This document shows, piece after piece, positions 1-7,359 of a DNA stretch of 30,789 nt. This DNA comes from a virus. Taxonomy: Duplodnaviria > Caudoviricetes. The first letter of the stretch is position 1. Each line of letters begins with the position of its first letter. Location of the stretch: positions 1 through 30,789 of IMG/VR virus record IMGVR_UViG_3300005512_000215. The stretch is one strand, 5' to 3'. Both the position numbers and the translations under genes were made by a program. The notes beneath the pieces are model-generated. The model searched no databases. It was not told the origin of the DNA and saw nothing but the letters and a program-made list of their open reading frames with translations.

Positions 1-98
1 ACTTATCGACTTGTAGCAATATTAAATTAACACAATTTCGAGATTATTTTTTAATTTGCTACTGTGTTGCTTTTCCTACTTGACCGGGGGTTCGAGAT

Positions 99-602
99 AT
101 GAAAGGCGGAACGGGTAAGCAAAAGCACTTTGCAAGGCTAGTGGCGGAAGGTTCTACGCTCGCGGACGCATACGCGGACGCATATGAGACAAACGGAAAA
201 CGAGAGACGATACGACGTGAAGCCGTACGGGTGGCGCATAGCCCCACTGTCGCCCCATTGATCGAAGCGGAAGCGAAGGCGATAGAGGCTAGGGAACTGC
301 CCTCTAGGGGCAGTCGAAGGCGATGGGTTCTGGAACGTCTAGCGAGGGAAGCCGAAGAAGGCAGCGACGCATCAAGGGTGAGAGCATTGGAGCTACTAGG
401 GAAAGCCTGCGGAGCGTTCGACGACGATGTGGAAGCGGATATGGGAACGGATGCGGATAGCCTCTTGGATTCGCTCCGATCCAAGCTTGCCAGCGTACTA
501 CCAGAGCCGATAGAAGTGACACCCTCGTGTGTAACACCAGAATGTGACGGGACCCCTGAGAATCCTGCGGAGCCCGAAGGCGAAGGGGGGGACCCCATGT
601 GA
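99..602 (+). CDS. terS: Terminase small subunit (putative)
   Basis: 167 aa. N-terminal HTH-like KQKHFARLVAEG...ADAYADAY...EAVRV..SPTV and C-terminal RVRALELLGK..G.F match the TerS pattern. Lies upstream of terL. Confidence 0.7.
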   Translation: MKGGTGKQKHFARLVAEGSTLADAYADAYETNGKRETIRREAVRVAHSPTVAPLIEAEAKAIEARELPSRGSRRRWVLERLAREAEEGSDASRVRALELLGKACGAFDDDVEADMGTDADSLLDSLRSKLASVLPEPIEVTPSCVTPECDGTPENPAEPEGEGGDPM

Positions 603-696
603 GCGAGGCGTGGTCAACGGATTGCCTTACACACTGTTTTGCATATTCAACAACCAATTTTCATAAAACTGGCTGAAGTTGTAGTTATATACAAAT

Positions 697-738
697 AAAA
701 AAAGCTCTAGGATTCCCTTAGGAGTCCCAGAGCTTTGT
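697..738. terminator. Probable bidirectional intrinsic terminator
   Basis: Stem AAAGCTCT-a-GGATTCC (701-716) / GGAGTCC-c-AGAGCTTT (721-736) with a CTTA loop. A-run before and T-rich sequence after. Sits between converging terS and the minus-strand genes. Confidence 0.55.
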
Positions 739-801
739 AATTTTTTACAAAAAATCAAAAACCGATTTTCAATTAGACGAAATACATCTTTCAATTAGCC
801 A

Positions 802-924
802 GGTGCAACATTTTGTTGCATCCAGCATAGATTCTATGGTGCAACAATATGCTGCATCTAAGCTGTATTATAAAATATTATTTACATTCTAAAGAATTCA
901 TAAGGTGCAACGATTTGATGCACC
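802..924. promoter_or_regulatory. Three palindromic operator-like sites, consensus GGTGCAAC-N5-GNTGCAYC
   Basis: TGCAACA-TTT-TGTTGCA (804-820, perfect), TGCAACA-ATA-TGCTGCA (840-856) and GGTGCAACG-ATT-TGATGCACC (904-924), all in non-coding AT-rich DNA. Confidence 0.6.
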
Positions 925-933
925 GATATGCTG

Positions 934-963
934 TTGACAGCCACCAAGATTTCCTAGTATGTT
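934..963 (+). promoter_or_regulatory. Possible sigma70-type promoter
   Basis: TTGACA (934-939), 18 nt spacer, TATGTT (958-963). Immediately after the third palindrome. Confidence 0.35.
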
Positions 964-1113
964 CCCATATGTCTTAGCTCCCATACGGGTATGCTCCCAT
1001 ATGACTATGCCTCGGAGCTTCAGAGTGCATATGACTATGCCTCGGAACTTGCATAGCTTAAAGATCTGCTGAGATTGCAGATCTTCGTAGGAGTAAGCAG
1101 AGCATACTAGGAA
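951..1113. repeat. Inverted-repeat-bounded element with internal direct repeats and hairpins
   Basis: Terminal inverted repeat TTCCTAGTATG (951-961) / CATACTAGGAA (1103-1113). TCCCATA at 963, 979 and 995. CATATGACTATGCCTCGGA at 998 and 1028. Hairpin AAGATCTGC / GCAGATCTT (1061-1085). Confidence 0.75.
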
Positions 1114-1133
1114 CGGTTGGTTTAAGTTCTGTC

Positions 1134-1382
1134 TTAAGTTTTCAATACAACCCTTCCTCTAGTCTCTCCCCAGCATCTAGCGCCGCAGGAAAGCGGCTTT
1201 TCTGGCCTGTAGATAAAATCTAAATCTCCTGACACTGTTAAATCTTTAGCCCTGTATACAGAACCATTGCATTTAATGGTGTATACAGGGTTTTTTTCTT
1301 CATTCTTCTGATTTGATTTAATGATGTGCTGATTCACATGGATTCTCTTGAGGTTTCCCTCTACCAGAACCACTTTCGGCAT
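1134..1382 (-). CDS. Conserved phage hypothetical protein (82 aa)
   Basis: KRIHVNQH.IK.N....EKNPVYTIK...Y.PEKPLSCGARCWGET is a pattern I recognise from small phage proteins. Start moved to the ATG of MPKVV. Confidence 0.7.
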   Translation of the reverse strand: MPKVVLVEGNLKRIHVNQHIIKSNQKNEEKNPVYTIKCNGSVYRAKDLTVSGDLDFIYRPEKPLSCGARCWGETRGRVVLKT

Positions 1383-1696
1383 TTTCTTTGCCCCGAAATA
1401 TATAGTATGAACAAAATACCTATCGCCGCGCCAAGGGTGAAGGCTGGTTCTGGCGAATAAACCGGGAGCTGGTTGGACCATCCGGTCGGACCCTCCATCC
1501 CCACAGCCCTAGACCGAACCAGAATGGCTGTGTTGGGTAATTCCACCACCGCCTGGAAGCATTCCAAGCAGTCATCCACGGGATCCACTTGGATGACCCA
1601 CTCCCACTCATTAGACCCCACTCTTTGAAACTGAAATTCCCAGAAATCCACCAATTCAGGCTGGGGCTGCTGCCAGTAAACAGTTCTTAGAGGCAT
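1361..1696 (-). CDS. FN3-like small protein with PEP-CTERM-like C-terminal membrane anchor
   Basis: GGAG RBS 6 nt before ATG. FN3-type ending VRSRAVG.EGPTGWSN, then SPEP, a hydrophobic helix AFTLGAAIGILFILYI and a basic tail QRKCRK. Confidence 0.6.
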   Translation of the reverse strand: MPLRTVYWQQPQPELVDFWEFQFQRVGSNEWEWVIQVDPVDDCLECFQAVVELPNTAILVRSRAVGMEGPTGWSNQLPVYSPEPAFTLGAAIGILFILYISGQRKCRKWFW

Positions 1697-1716
1697 AATT
1701 CGCTCCAGTAAGCAGC

Positions 1717-2154
1717 TTACTCTTCGATTTGCGCCGCCTTGGGTTCCACTTCCCTTCGACAGCGGTACATCACCTTGTCGAACCCATGCTCCTTGCCATG
1801 CTCCATCACTTCAGGACTGCCTGTGATGAACTCCACGGCGTTGCAGCCGGAGTTAGCGGCCATGTCCGCGATGATCTCATGCACCCGGCCAGCGGTCTCA
1901 GGAGCCTCGGAGTGGGCGATCCAGAGAAACAGCACCTTTTCACCAGTGGAGTTGTTTTCGTCTATGCGAGCAATGAAAAAGCTTTCCCCTAAGGGAAAGC
2001 CGGTGTCAATAAAAATCGCGGCGGTGCCGCCAGCGCAAGATGCATAGAGATCTTCCTTCCTGAAATCCTTCCAGGGCAGATCCGACATGATCTTGTCGAT
2101 GTGAGGAGATATGAAATCCCAGGAATCTTGAACTCGGACAGCTTGAATTGACAT
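1717..2154 (-). CDS. Phage protein with possible GNAT-like fold (145 aa)
   Basis: AAGGA RBS before MSIQAV. Pattern W..I.P.I.K...EDLY..C..G.A...KVLFLWIAHS...A..SGC.AVEF.T...GF resembles acetyltransferase-like phage proteins. Confidence 0.5.
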   Translation of the reverse strand: MSIQAVRVQDSWDFISPHIDKIMSDLPWKDFRKEDLYASCAGGTAAIFIDTGFPLGESFFIARIDENNSTGEKVLFLWIAHSEAPETAGRVHEIIADMAANSGCNAVEFITGSPEVMEHGKEHGFDKVMYRCRREVEPKAAQIEE

Positions 2155-2170
2155 TGTTTTCCTTTTTGAC

Positions 2171-2205
2171 CTTGACGGAATGTCAAGTTTCCAATAAAAT
2201 ATAAT
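2171..2205 (+). promoter_or_regulatory. Sigma70-type promoter of the morphogenesis operon, with a palindrome over the -35 box
   Basis: TTGACG (2172-2177), 17 nt spacer, TAAAAT (2195-2200). CTTGAC-GGAAT-GTCAAG (2171-2187) is a perfect inverted repeat. Confidence 0.6.
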
Positions 2206-2250
2206 CGGGAAAAAAGTATAGGTAGGAGGATACCATACTCTTTTCCTCAT

Positions 2251-2294
2251 GGCGCTCCCCCCGTTCCCTTTCCGGGGGTTGAGCGCCTTTTTTT
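2251..2294 (+). terminator. Intrinsic terminator in the operon leader
   Basis: GGCGCTC-CCCCCG (2251-2263) pairs with CGGGGG-tt-GAGCGCC (2273-2287), followed by seven T (2288-2294). Confidence 0.7.
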
Positions 2295-2328
2295 ATCCAA
2301 AATTAGATTTTGGTTTAGGAGATACGGA

Positions 2329-3090
2329 ATGTCTTTACGGGATACCCAGCGTCGGGCAGCACAGAGAAAGCGCGAGGAAGAGCGCAAGAAGGCTGCTGAG
2401 AAGAAGGCGCGCGACTCGAAGCGCATACCGGCATCGGAGCAAAAAGCTAACTTTGATGCTGAGGTGGAAAGAACTCTTAAGAACATGACACCGGCTCAGC
2501 GCGCAGCCTATGACAAGGCAATGGCTAAGCCGAACAGAAGGGCTGGGGGATCTTCGGCTACGAAGCCTCCCAAGTCTGCGGCCAAGCCCGCCAAGCCCGC
2601 CAAGGATGACAAGCCGCAAACATTTGCTCAGAAATTTGCTGCTGAGAGAGCGGAGCAGGGAGCGGGTGGCACCTTCACTTGGAATGGAAAAAAGTACAGC
2701 ACCAATAGAGCTGATGATAAGCCCACGAGTAATGGATCTGGAAGTAACGGGTCTGGAAGTAACGGGTCTGGAAGTAACGGTTCTAGAAACAACAAGTCCG
2801 AGGATAAAAAGGGCGGCTTTTTCAAAAATCTCGGCAAGAAGATTGAAAAGGCCACGACCCTTACTCCCGGTAGACCCAGGAAGCCCAGAGGCAAGGTTGG
2901 CATGAACTCTCCTCAGATGAGGAAGTACAAGGCCGATATGAAGAAGTGGAGAGAGTCTCAGGATAAGAAGGCTGCTGGTGGTCGAGTTGTGGCTAAGAAG
3001 GCTGCCAAGAAGAAGGCTGCCAAGAAGGTTGCACGAAAGAAGACTATGGCTAGAACTTCGGTCAAGAAGAAGTCGCCCCGCAGACCGTGA
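2329..3090 (+). CDS. Lys/Ala-rich basic protein, possible internal DNA-binding protein
   Basis: AGGAG RBS; 253 aa. Contains TFAQKFAAER...GTFTWNGKKYST, (SNGSG)n repeats and a histone-H1-like KKAAKKKAAKKVARKK tail. Stop overlaps the terL start. Confidence 0.7.
   Translation: MSLRDTQRRAAQRKREEERKKAAEKKARDSKRIPASEQKANFDAEVERTLKNMTPAQRAAYDKAMAKPNRRAGGSSATKPPKSAAKPAKPAKDDKPQTFAQKFAAERAEQGAGGTFTWNGKKYSTNRADDKPTSNGSGSNGSGSNGSGSNGSRNNKSEDKKGGFFKNLGKKIEKATTLTPGRPRKPRGKVGMNSPQMRKYKADMKKWRESQDKKAAGGRVVAKKAAKKKAAKKVARKKTMARTSVKKKSPRRP
2728..2787 (+). repeat. 15-bp coding tandem repeat, 4 copies (SNGSG)
   Basis: AGTAAYGGNTCTRGA at 2728, 2743, 2758 and 2773. Confidence 0.9.
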
Positions 3091-4607
3091 TAGATGGTTT
3101 ACAGCCTGAAATAGCGGCTGTTCTTCCGCATCTACACAAGCTCAGTGATGAGGACAAGCAAGAAGTCCTCGACATCATCAATAAGCTAGAGGAGATCCAG
3201 AAGTACGAGAAGGCTAGAAAAAACTTTATGGACTTTGTGGCTGTGGTTTGGCCTGCATTCATCGAAGGCTCCCACCACAGAATAATGGGTGAAGCGTTTC
3301 AAGAAGTGGTCATGGAAGATGAGAAGAGATTGATCATCAACATGGCCCCCCGGCACACAAAGTCTGAGTTTGCTTCCTACCTTCTCCCCGCTTGGTTCCT
3401 TGGGAACTTTCCTGAAAAGAAAGTGATTCAGACTGCCCATACTGCGGAGCTTGCAGTTGGGTTTGGTCGAAAGGTTAGGAATCTTTTCGATACAGATGAA
3501 TTCAAAAAGATCTTTCCGGGTGTGGCCCTGAGGTCTGATTCCAAAGCAGCAGGCAGATGGGCAACAAGTCACGGCGGAGAGTACTTCGCAATCGGTGTTG
3601 GTGGCGCTGTCACAGGAAAGGGTGCAGACCTTCTGATCATCGATGACCCCCACTCGGAGCAGGAGGCCCAGATGGGGGACGCGGGAGTGTTTGACAAGGT
3701 GTATGAGTGGTACACCTCAGGCCCTCGACAGAGATTGCAGCCTGGGGGGCGGATCATTCAGGTAGCGACTCGGTGGTCCCAGAGAGATCTAACCGGCCAG
3801 CTACTTAAAAACTCGGCGGAGAGACAGGGTACAGACGAGTGGAAGGTAATTGAGTTTCCAGCAATCCTTCCTTCTGGGAATCCGCTTTGGCCTGAATTCT
3901 GGTCTCAGGAAGAGTTAGAAAAGGTTAGATCTGAACTCCCTGCATCGAAGTGGTCTGCTCAGTACCAGCAGGATCCCACAGCAGATGAAGCGGCGATCAT
4001 CAAGAGAGAGTGGTGGAGAACTTGGGAGGGGCAGGATCCTCCTCAATGTGAATTTGTTATCCAGTCATGGGATACAGCGTTCCTCAAGACAGAAAGAGCA
4101 GATTACTCTGCCTGCACAACTTGGGGAGTTTTCTACAGCGATGACAACCATGACGGGAAGCTTCGACCAAATCTGATTCTTCTAAATGCGTTTCAGGAAA
4201 GAATGGAGTTTCCTGAGCTAAAGCAGACCGCGTTCGATCATTATCAGAGTTGGCAACCAGATGCCTGTATCGTGGAGGCAAAGGCAGCAGGATCCCCGCT
4301 TATATTTGAGCTTCGACAGATGGGGATACCAGTCAGTGAATATGTGCCGTCTAGAGGCAGAGACAAGATTGCAAGAGTTAATTCTGTTTCTGATCTATTC
4401 GCATCCGGAGTTATATGGGCTCCGAACACATGGTTCGCAGAAGAAGTTATTGAACAGTTTGCTGGATTCCCTGGGGCCTCTGCCCACGATGACCTCGTTG
4501 ATTCATCGACACAAGCAATTCTTAGATTTAGACAAGGTGGCTTCATCCCTATCCAAACAGATGAAGATCTTGTTTATGAACCAAAGCAGGCATACTCGCC
4601 TTACTAG
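3087..4607 (+). CDS. terL: Terminase large subunit
   Basis: Walker A-like INMAPRHTKSE, Walker B LLIIDDP, coupling motif ATRW, nuclease motifs QSWDTA and HDDLVDS. Confidence 0.95.
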   Translation: MIDGLQPEIAAVLPHLHKLSDEDKQEVLDIINKLEEIQKYEKARKNFMDFVAVVWPAFIEGSHHRIMGEAFQEVVMEDEKRLIINMAPRHTKSEFASYLLPAWFLGNFPEKKVIQTAHTAELAVGFGRKVRNLFDTDEFKKIFPGVALRSDSKAAGRWATSHGGEYFAIGVGGAVTGKGADLLIIDDPHSEQEAQMGDAGVFDKVYEWYTSGPRQRLQPGGRIIQVATRWSQRDLTGQLLKNSAERQGTDEWKVIEFPAILPSGNPLWPEFWSQEELEKVRSELPASKWSAQYQQDPTADEAAIIKREWWRTWEGQDPPQCEFVIQSWDTAFLKTERADYSACTTWGVFYSDDNHDGKLRPNLILLNAFQERMEFPELKQTAFDHYQSWQPDACIVEAKAAGSPLIFELRQMGIPVSEYVPSRGRDKIARVNSVSDLFASGVIWAPNTWFAEEVIEQFAGFPGASAHDDLVDSSTQAILRFRQGGFIPIQTDEDLVYEPKQAYSPY

Positions 4608-4613
4608 GTAACT

Positions 4614-7091
4614 ATGGCAATCGAATCTGCATTAGATCCGAATATTCCCCTTCTCCCGATGCAGGAAGCAGAGGAAGAGGAAGTCTCGATTGAAATCAAT
4701 AATCCCGATTCCGTTATCGTTGAGACGGAAGATGGTGGGATGCTGATTGATTTCAATCCCGATGCTTCGATGGACATGACTATGGACTTCGATGCGAATC
4801 TCGCAGAGTTCATGGATGACAGAGAGCTTGGAAGACTTGCTTCTGAGTTGATTGGTTTAGCTAGATCTGATGTTGATTCCAGAAAGGACTGGGAAGAGAC
4901 CTATATCGAAGGTCTCAAGCAGCTTGGAATGAAGATTGAGGACCGCTCGACGCCGTGGCCGGGAGCTTGTGGTGTTCAGCATCCAGTTCTCGCAGAAGCA
5001 GTTGTTAGATTCCAGGCGCAGACAATCACCGAGATCTTCCCCAACGACGGACCTGTAAAGGTGAAAATGTTTGGGAAGATGACCGATGAAAAGGAAAAGC
5101 AGGCGTACAGAGTCAAGGAGTATATGAACTACTTGATTACTGAGGAGATGCCTGAGTATCGCTCCGAGACAGAGAAGATGCTTTTCAATCTCGCGCTGGC
5201 TGGCTCGGCTTTCCGCAAGGTTTATTGGGATCCCACGATGGATCGGCCTTGTTCCATGTTTATCCCCGCAGAAGATCTTCTTGTTGCTTATGGATCGCCC
5301 TCCCTGGAGATGGCGGAGCGCGTTACCCATGTGATGAAGAAGACTGCCAATGAGGTAAGAAAGCTTCAGGTCTCTGGGTTCTACAGAGACACAGAGCTTT
5401 CCGCTGGCAGCGTGGATAACTCGGACATTCAGGAAGAGTACGACGATCTAACTGGGGATTCGCCGTCTTACGAGGCGGGAGACCGGCACCTCCTCTACGA
5501 GATGCACCTCGACTGGGATCTCGAAGGCTTTGAGGATATGAAGGACGGGGATCCCACGGGCGTTGCCCTCCCATACGTCATCACGGTCGATGCCACCAAT
5601 TCTGAGATCCTTTCCATCCGAAGGAACTGGATAGAGAGTGATCCCAACAAGATGAGAAGGAATCATTTCGTCCACTACGAATACCTTCCGGGCATGGGCT
5701 TTTATGGCTTTGGCCTGATCCATCTTATCGGAGGCATTGCCAAGTCGGCCACTTCGCTTCTCCGCCAGCTTGTTGACTCTGGCACGCTTGCGAATCTCCC
5801 CGGCGGGCTCAAGGCTAGAGGACTTAGAATCAAGGGTGATGACTCTCCGATCATGCCGGGAGAGTTCAGAGACGTTGATGTTCCGGGTGGTGCGATCAGA
5901 GACAACATCACGTTCCTTCCGTACAAGGAGCCCTCGAATGTTCTCTACCAGCTTCTCCAGAACATCGTAGAGGAAGGTAGAAGGTTTGCTTCCATTACCG
6001 ATATGAAGATCTCCGATATGAACCAGCAGGCCCCTGTGGGAACCACGCTGGCAATTATCGAAAGATCCATGAAGGTGATGAACGCGATTCAGGCCAGAAT
6101 TCATTACTCCATGAAGAAGGAGTTCAAGATTCTTTCCGGCATCGTGCGGGATTACATGCCTGAGGATTATGAGTGGGAGGTCGATGGCGGCGATGTCATG
6201 AAGACCGACGACTTTAACGGTCGCATGGACGTGATCCCCGTCAGTGATCCTAACTCTTCCACGATGGCCCAGCGCATCATGCAGTATCAGGCAGCATTAC
6301 AGTTGGCTTCTACTGCTCCGCAGCTTTACAACCTCTCCGAACTCCACCGCCAGATGCTTGATGTTCTGGGAATTCAGGACGCGGAAGACATCGTTCCGAC
6401 CGATGAGGACGTGAAGCCGATTGATCCTGTTTCCGAAAACATGAACATCTTAAAGACTGATCCCGTCAGAGCATTCGCTTGGCAGGATCATGATGCTCAT
6501 ATCCAAGTTCATCTTGACGCCGCCCAGGATCCGAAGATGCAGGAGATCGTTCAGAACTCTCCCAAGGCTGGGCAAATTGAAGCTTCGCTTGCTGCTCATG
6601 TGATTGAGCATCTTGGCTTCAAGTATCGAAGAGAGATCGAAAAGGAAATGGGCGTGGAGCTTCCGCCTTATGGCGAACCCCTCCCGAGAGACGTTGAGGT
6701 TAGAATTTCTTCGCTCGTTGCTGAAGCTGGTAGCCGCCTCCTTGGTCGTGATGTGGCAGAAATGCAGTTGAAGGAACAGATGGAGAAGATGAAGGATCCT
6801 GTTGTTCAGCAGCAGAATCGACAGCTTGATATCGACGAAGCGAAGGTTCAGGCCAAGATGCAGAGTGACGCTGCCAGAATCGCAGCGGATCTCAAGAAGG
6901 CAGCACTCAGGGCTGATGTTGAGAGAGAAAAGATGGAGTCTGCCGAGATGCTCAAGGGCATGGAAATCGGCGCTGAGACCGTAATAGAGAATCGAAAGAT
7001 CGATGTCCAAGAAGATGAGATCGAAGCTGAAAAGCTTTTAGAGGGACTCAAGCTTGGAAGTCAGATCGTTAGAGAATCCACGGGGGATTAA
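4614..7091 (+). CDS. Portal protein
   Basis: 825 aa directly after terL. Motifs PWPGACGV.HP, GSAFRKVYWD, PG.GFYGFGLIH, LRQLVDSGTLANLPGG.K and a long coiled-coil C-terminus as in P22-like barrels. Confidence 0.9.
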   Translation: MAIESALDPNIPLLPMQEAEEEEVSIEINNPDSVIVETEDGGMLIDFNPDASMDMTMDFDANLAEFMDDRELGRLASELIGLARSDVDSRKDWEETYIEGLKQLGMKIEDRSTPWPGACGVQHPVLAEAVVRFQAQTITEIFPNDGPVKVKMFGKMTDEKEKQAYRVKEYMNYLITEEMPEYRSETEKMLFNLALAGSAFRKVYWDPTMDRPCSMFIPAEDLLVAYGSPSLEMAERVTHVMKKTANEVRKLQVSGFYRDTELSAGSVDNSDIQEEYDDLTGDSPSYEAGDRHLLYEMHLDWDLEGFEDMKDGDPTGVALPYVITVDATNSEILSIRRNWIESDPNKMRRNHFVHYEYLPGMGFYGFGLIHLIGGIAKSATSLLRQLVDSGTLANLPGGLKARGLRIKGDDSPIMPGEFRDVDVPGGAIRDNITFLPYKEPSNVLYQLLQNIVEEGRRFASITDMKISDMNQQAPVGTTLAIIERSMKVMNAIQARIHYSMKKEFKILSGIVRDYMPEDYEWEVDGGDVMKTDDFNGRMDVIPVSDPNSSTMAQRIMQYQAALQLASTAPQLYNLSELHRQMLDVLGIQDAEDIVPTDEDVKPIDPVSENMNILKTDPVRAFAWQDHDAHIQVHLDAAQDPKMQEIVQNSPKAGQIEASLAAHVIEHLGFKYRREIEKEMGVELPPYGEPLPRDVEVRISSLVAEAGSRLLGRDVAEMQLKEQMEKMKDPVVQQQNRQLDIDEAKVQAKMQSDAARIAADLKKAALRADVEREKMESAEMLKGMEIGAETVIENRKIDVQEDEIEAEKLLEGLKLGSQIVRESTGD

Positions 7092-7285
7092 TGGCAGCTT
7101 CTTTAAGCGAGGTTTTTCTAGCCAAGCTTCGGGAAACTTTAAATGATAAAGCAGATGACTTAGCCACAGGTTGCGCTAACGATTTTGCTGATTATAGATT
7201 TCGTGTTGGATTTATTGAGGGCATCGCTACAGCAGAGCGTGAGTTCCTTGATCTAGTCGAACGCGCCGCAGAGATAGAGAGTTAA
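7091..7285 (+). CDS. Small conserved phage protein (64 aa)
   Basis: TAATG overlap with the portal stop. LATG.A.DFADYR..VG.IEG pattern, in the portal-GroES position. Confidence 0.7.
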   Translation: MAASLSEVFLAKLRETLNDKADDLATGCANDFADYRFRVGFIEGIATAEREFLDLVERAAEIES

Positions 7286-7348
7286 CGTCCAAAAGGACGC
7301 GAAGGGTTCTTCCTCCCCCTTAAGTGAGGATGCAACCAGCGAAAGCTG
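7286..7348 (+). promoter_or_regulatory. Candidate leader RNA structure (H-type pseudoknot flanked by hairpins) upstream of groES
   Basis: AAGGG (7302-7306) / CCCTT (7317-7321) crosses TCCTC (7311-7315) / GAGGA (7326-7330). Flanking hairpins CGTCC-AAAA-GGACG and CAGC-GAAA-GCTG. Confidence 0.4.
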
Positions 7349-7359
7349 CAAGGAAAACA

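Noticed and set aside
59-657. Minus-strand ORFs 59-598 and 304-657
   Set aside because: Antisense shadows of the GC-rich TerS-like gene with Ser-rich, motif-free translations.
998-1050. Direct repeats as a mini CRISPR array
   Set aside because: Only two copies, separated by 7 nt, far shorter than a spacer; no cas genes.
951-1113. Retron msr-msd or DGR template, suggested by the bounding inverted repeats
   Set aside because: No reverse transcriptase in the window, and no adenine-mismatched repeat pair noticed.
603-1133. Sigma54 promoter accompanying the NtrC-like sites
   Set aside because: The TGGC-type candidates I checked on both strands lack GG-N10-GC spacing.
2158-2186. Minus-strand promoter from the TTGACA in the palindrome
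   Set aside because: No -10 box at 17 nt spacing; that position falls on the RBS of the minus-strand gene.
2247-2488. 79-aa ORFs on both strands over the leader
   Set aside because: They cross the terminator hairpin and overlap the better-supported 2329 gene; likely shadows.
7302-7330. preQ1-I riboswitch (AAGGGTTCT start)
   Set aside because: Lacks the A-rich 3' tail and has no queuosine-related downstream gene.
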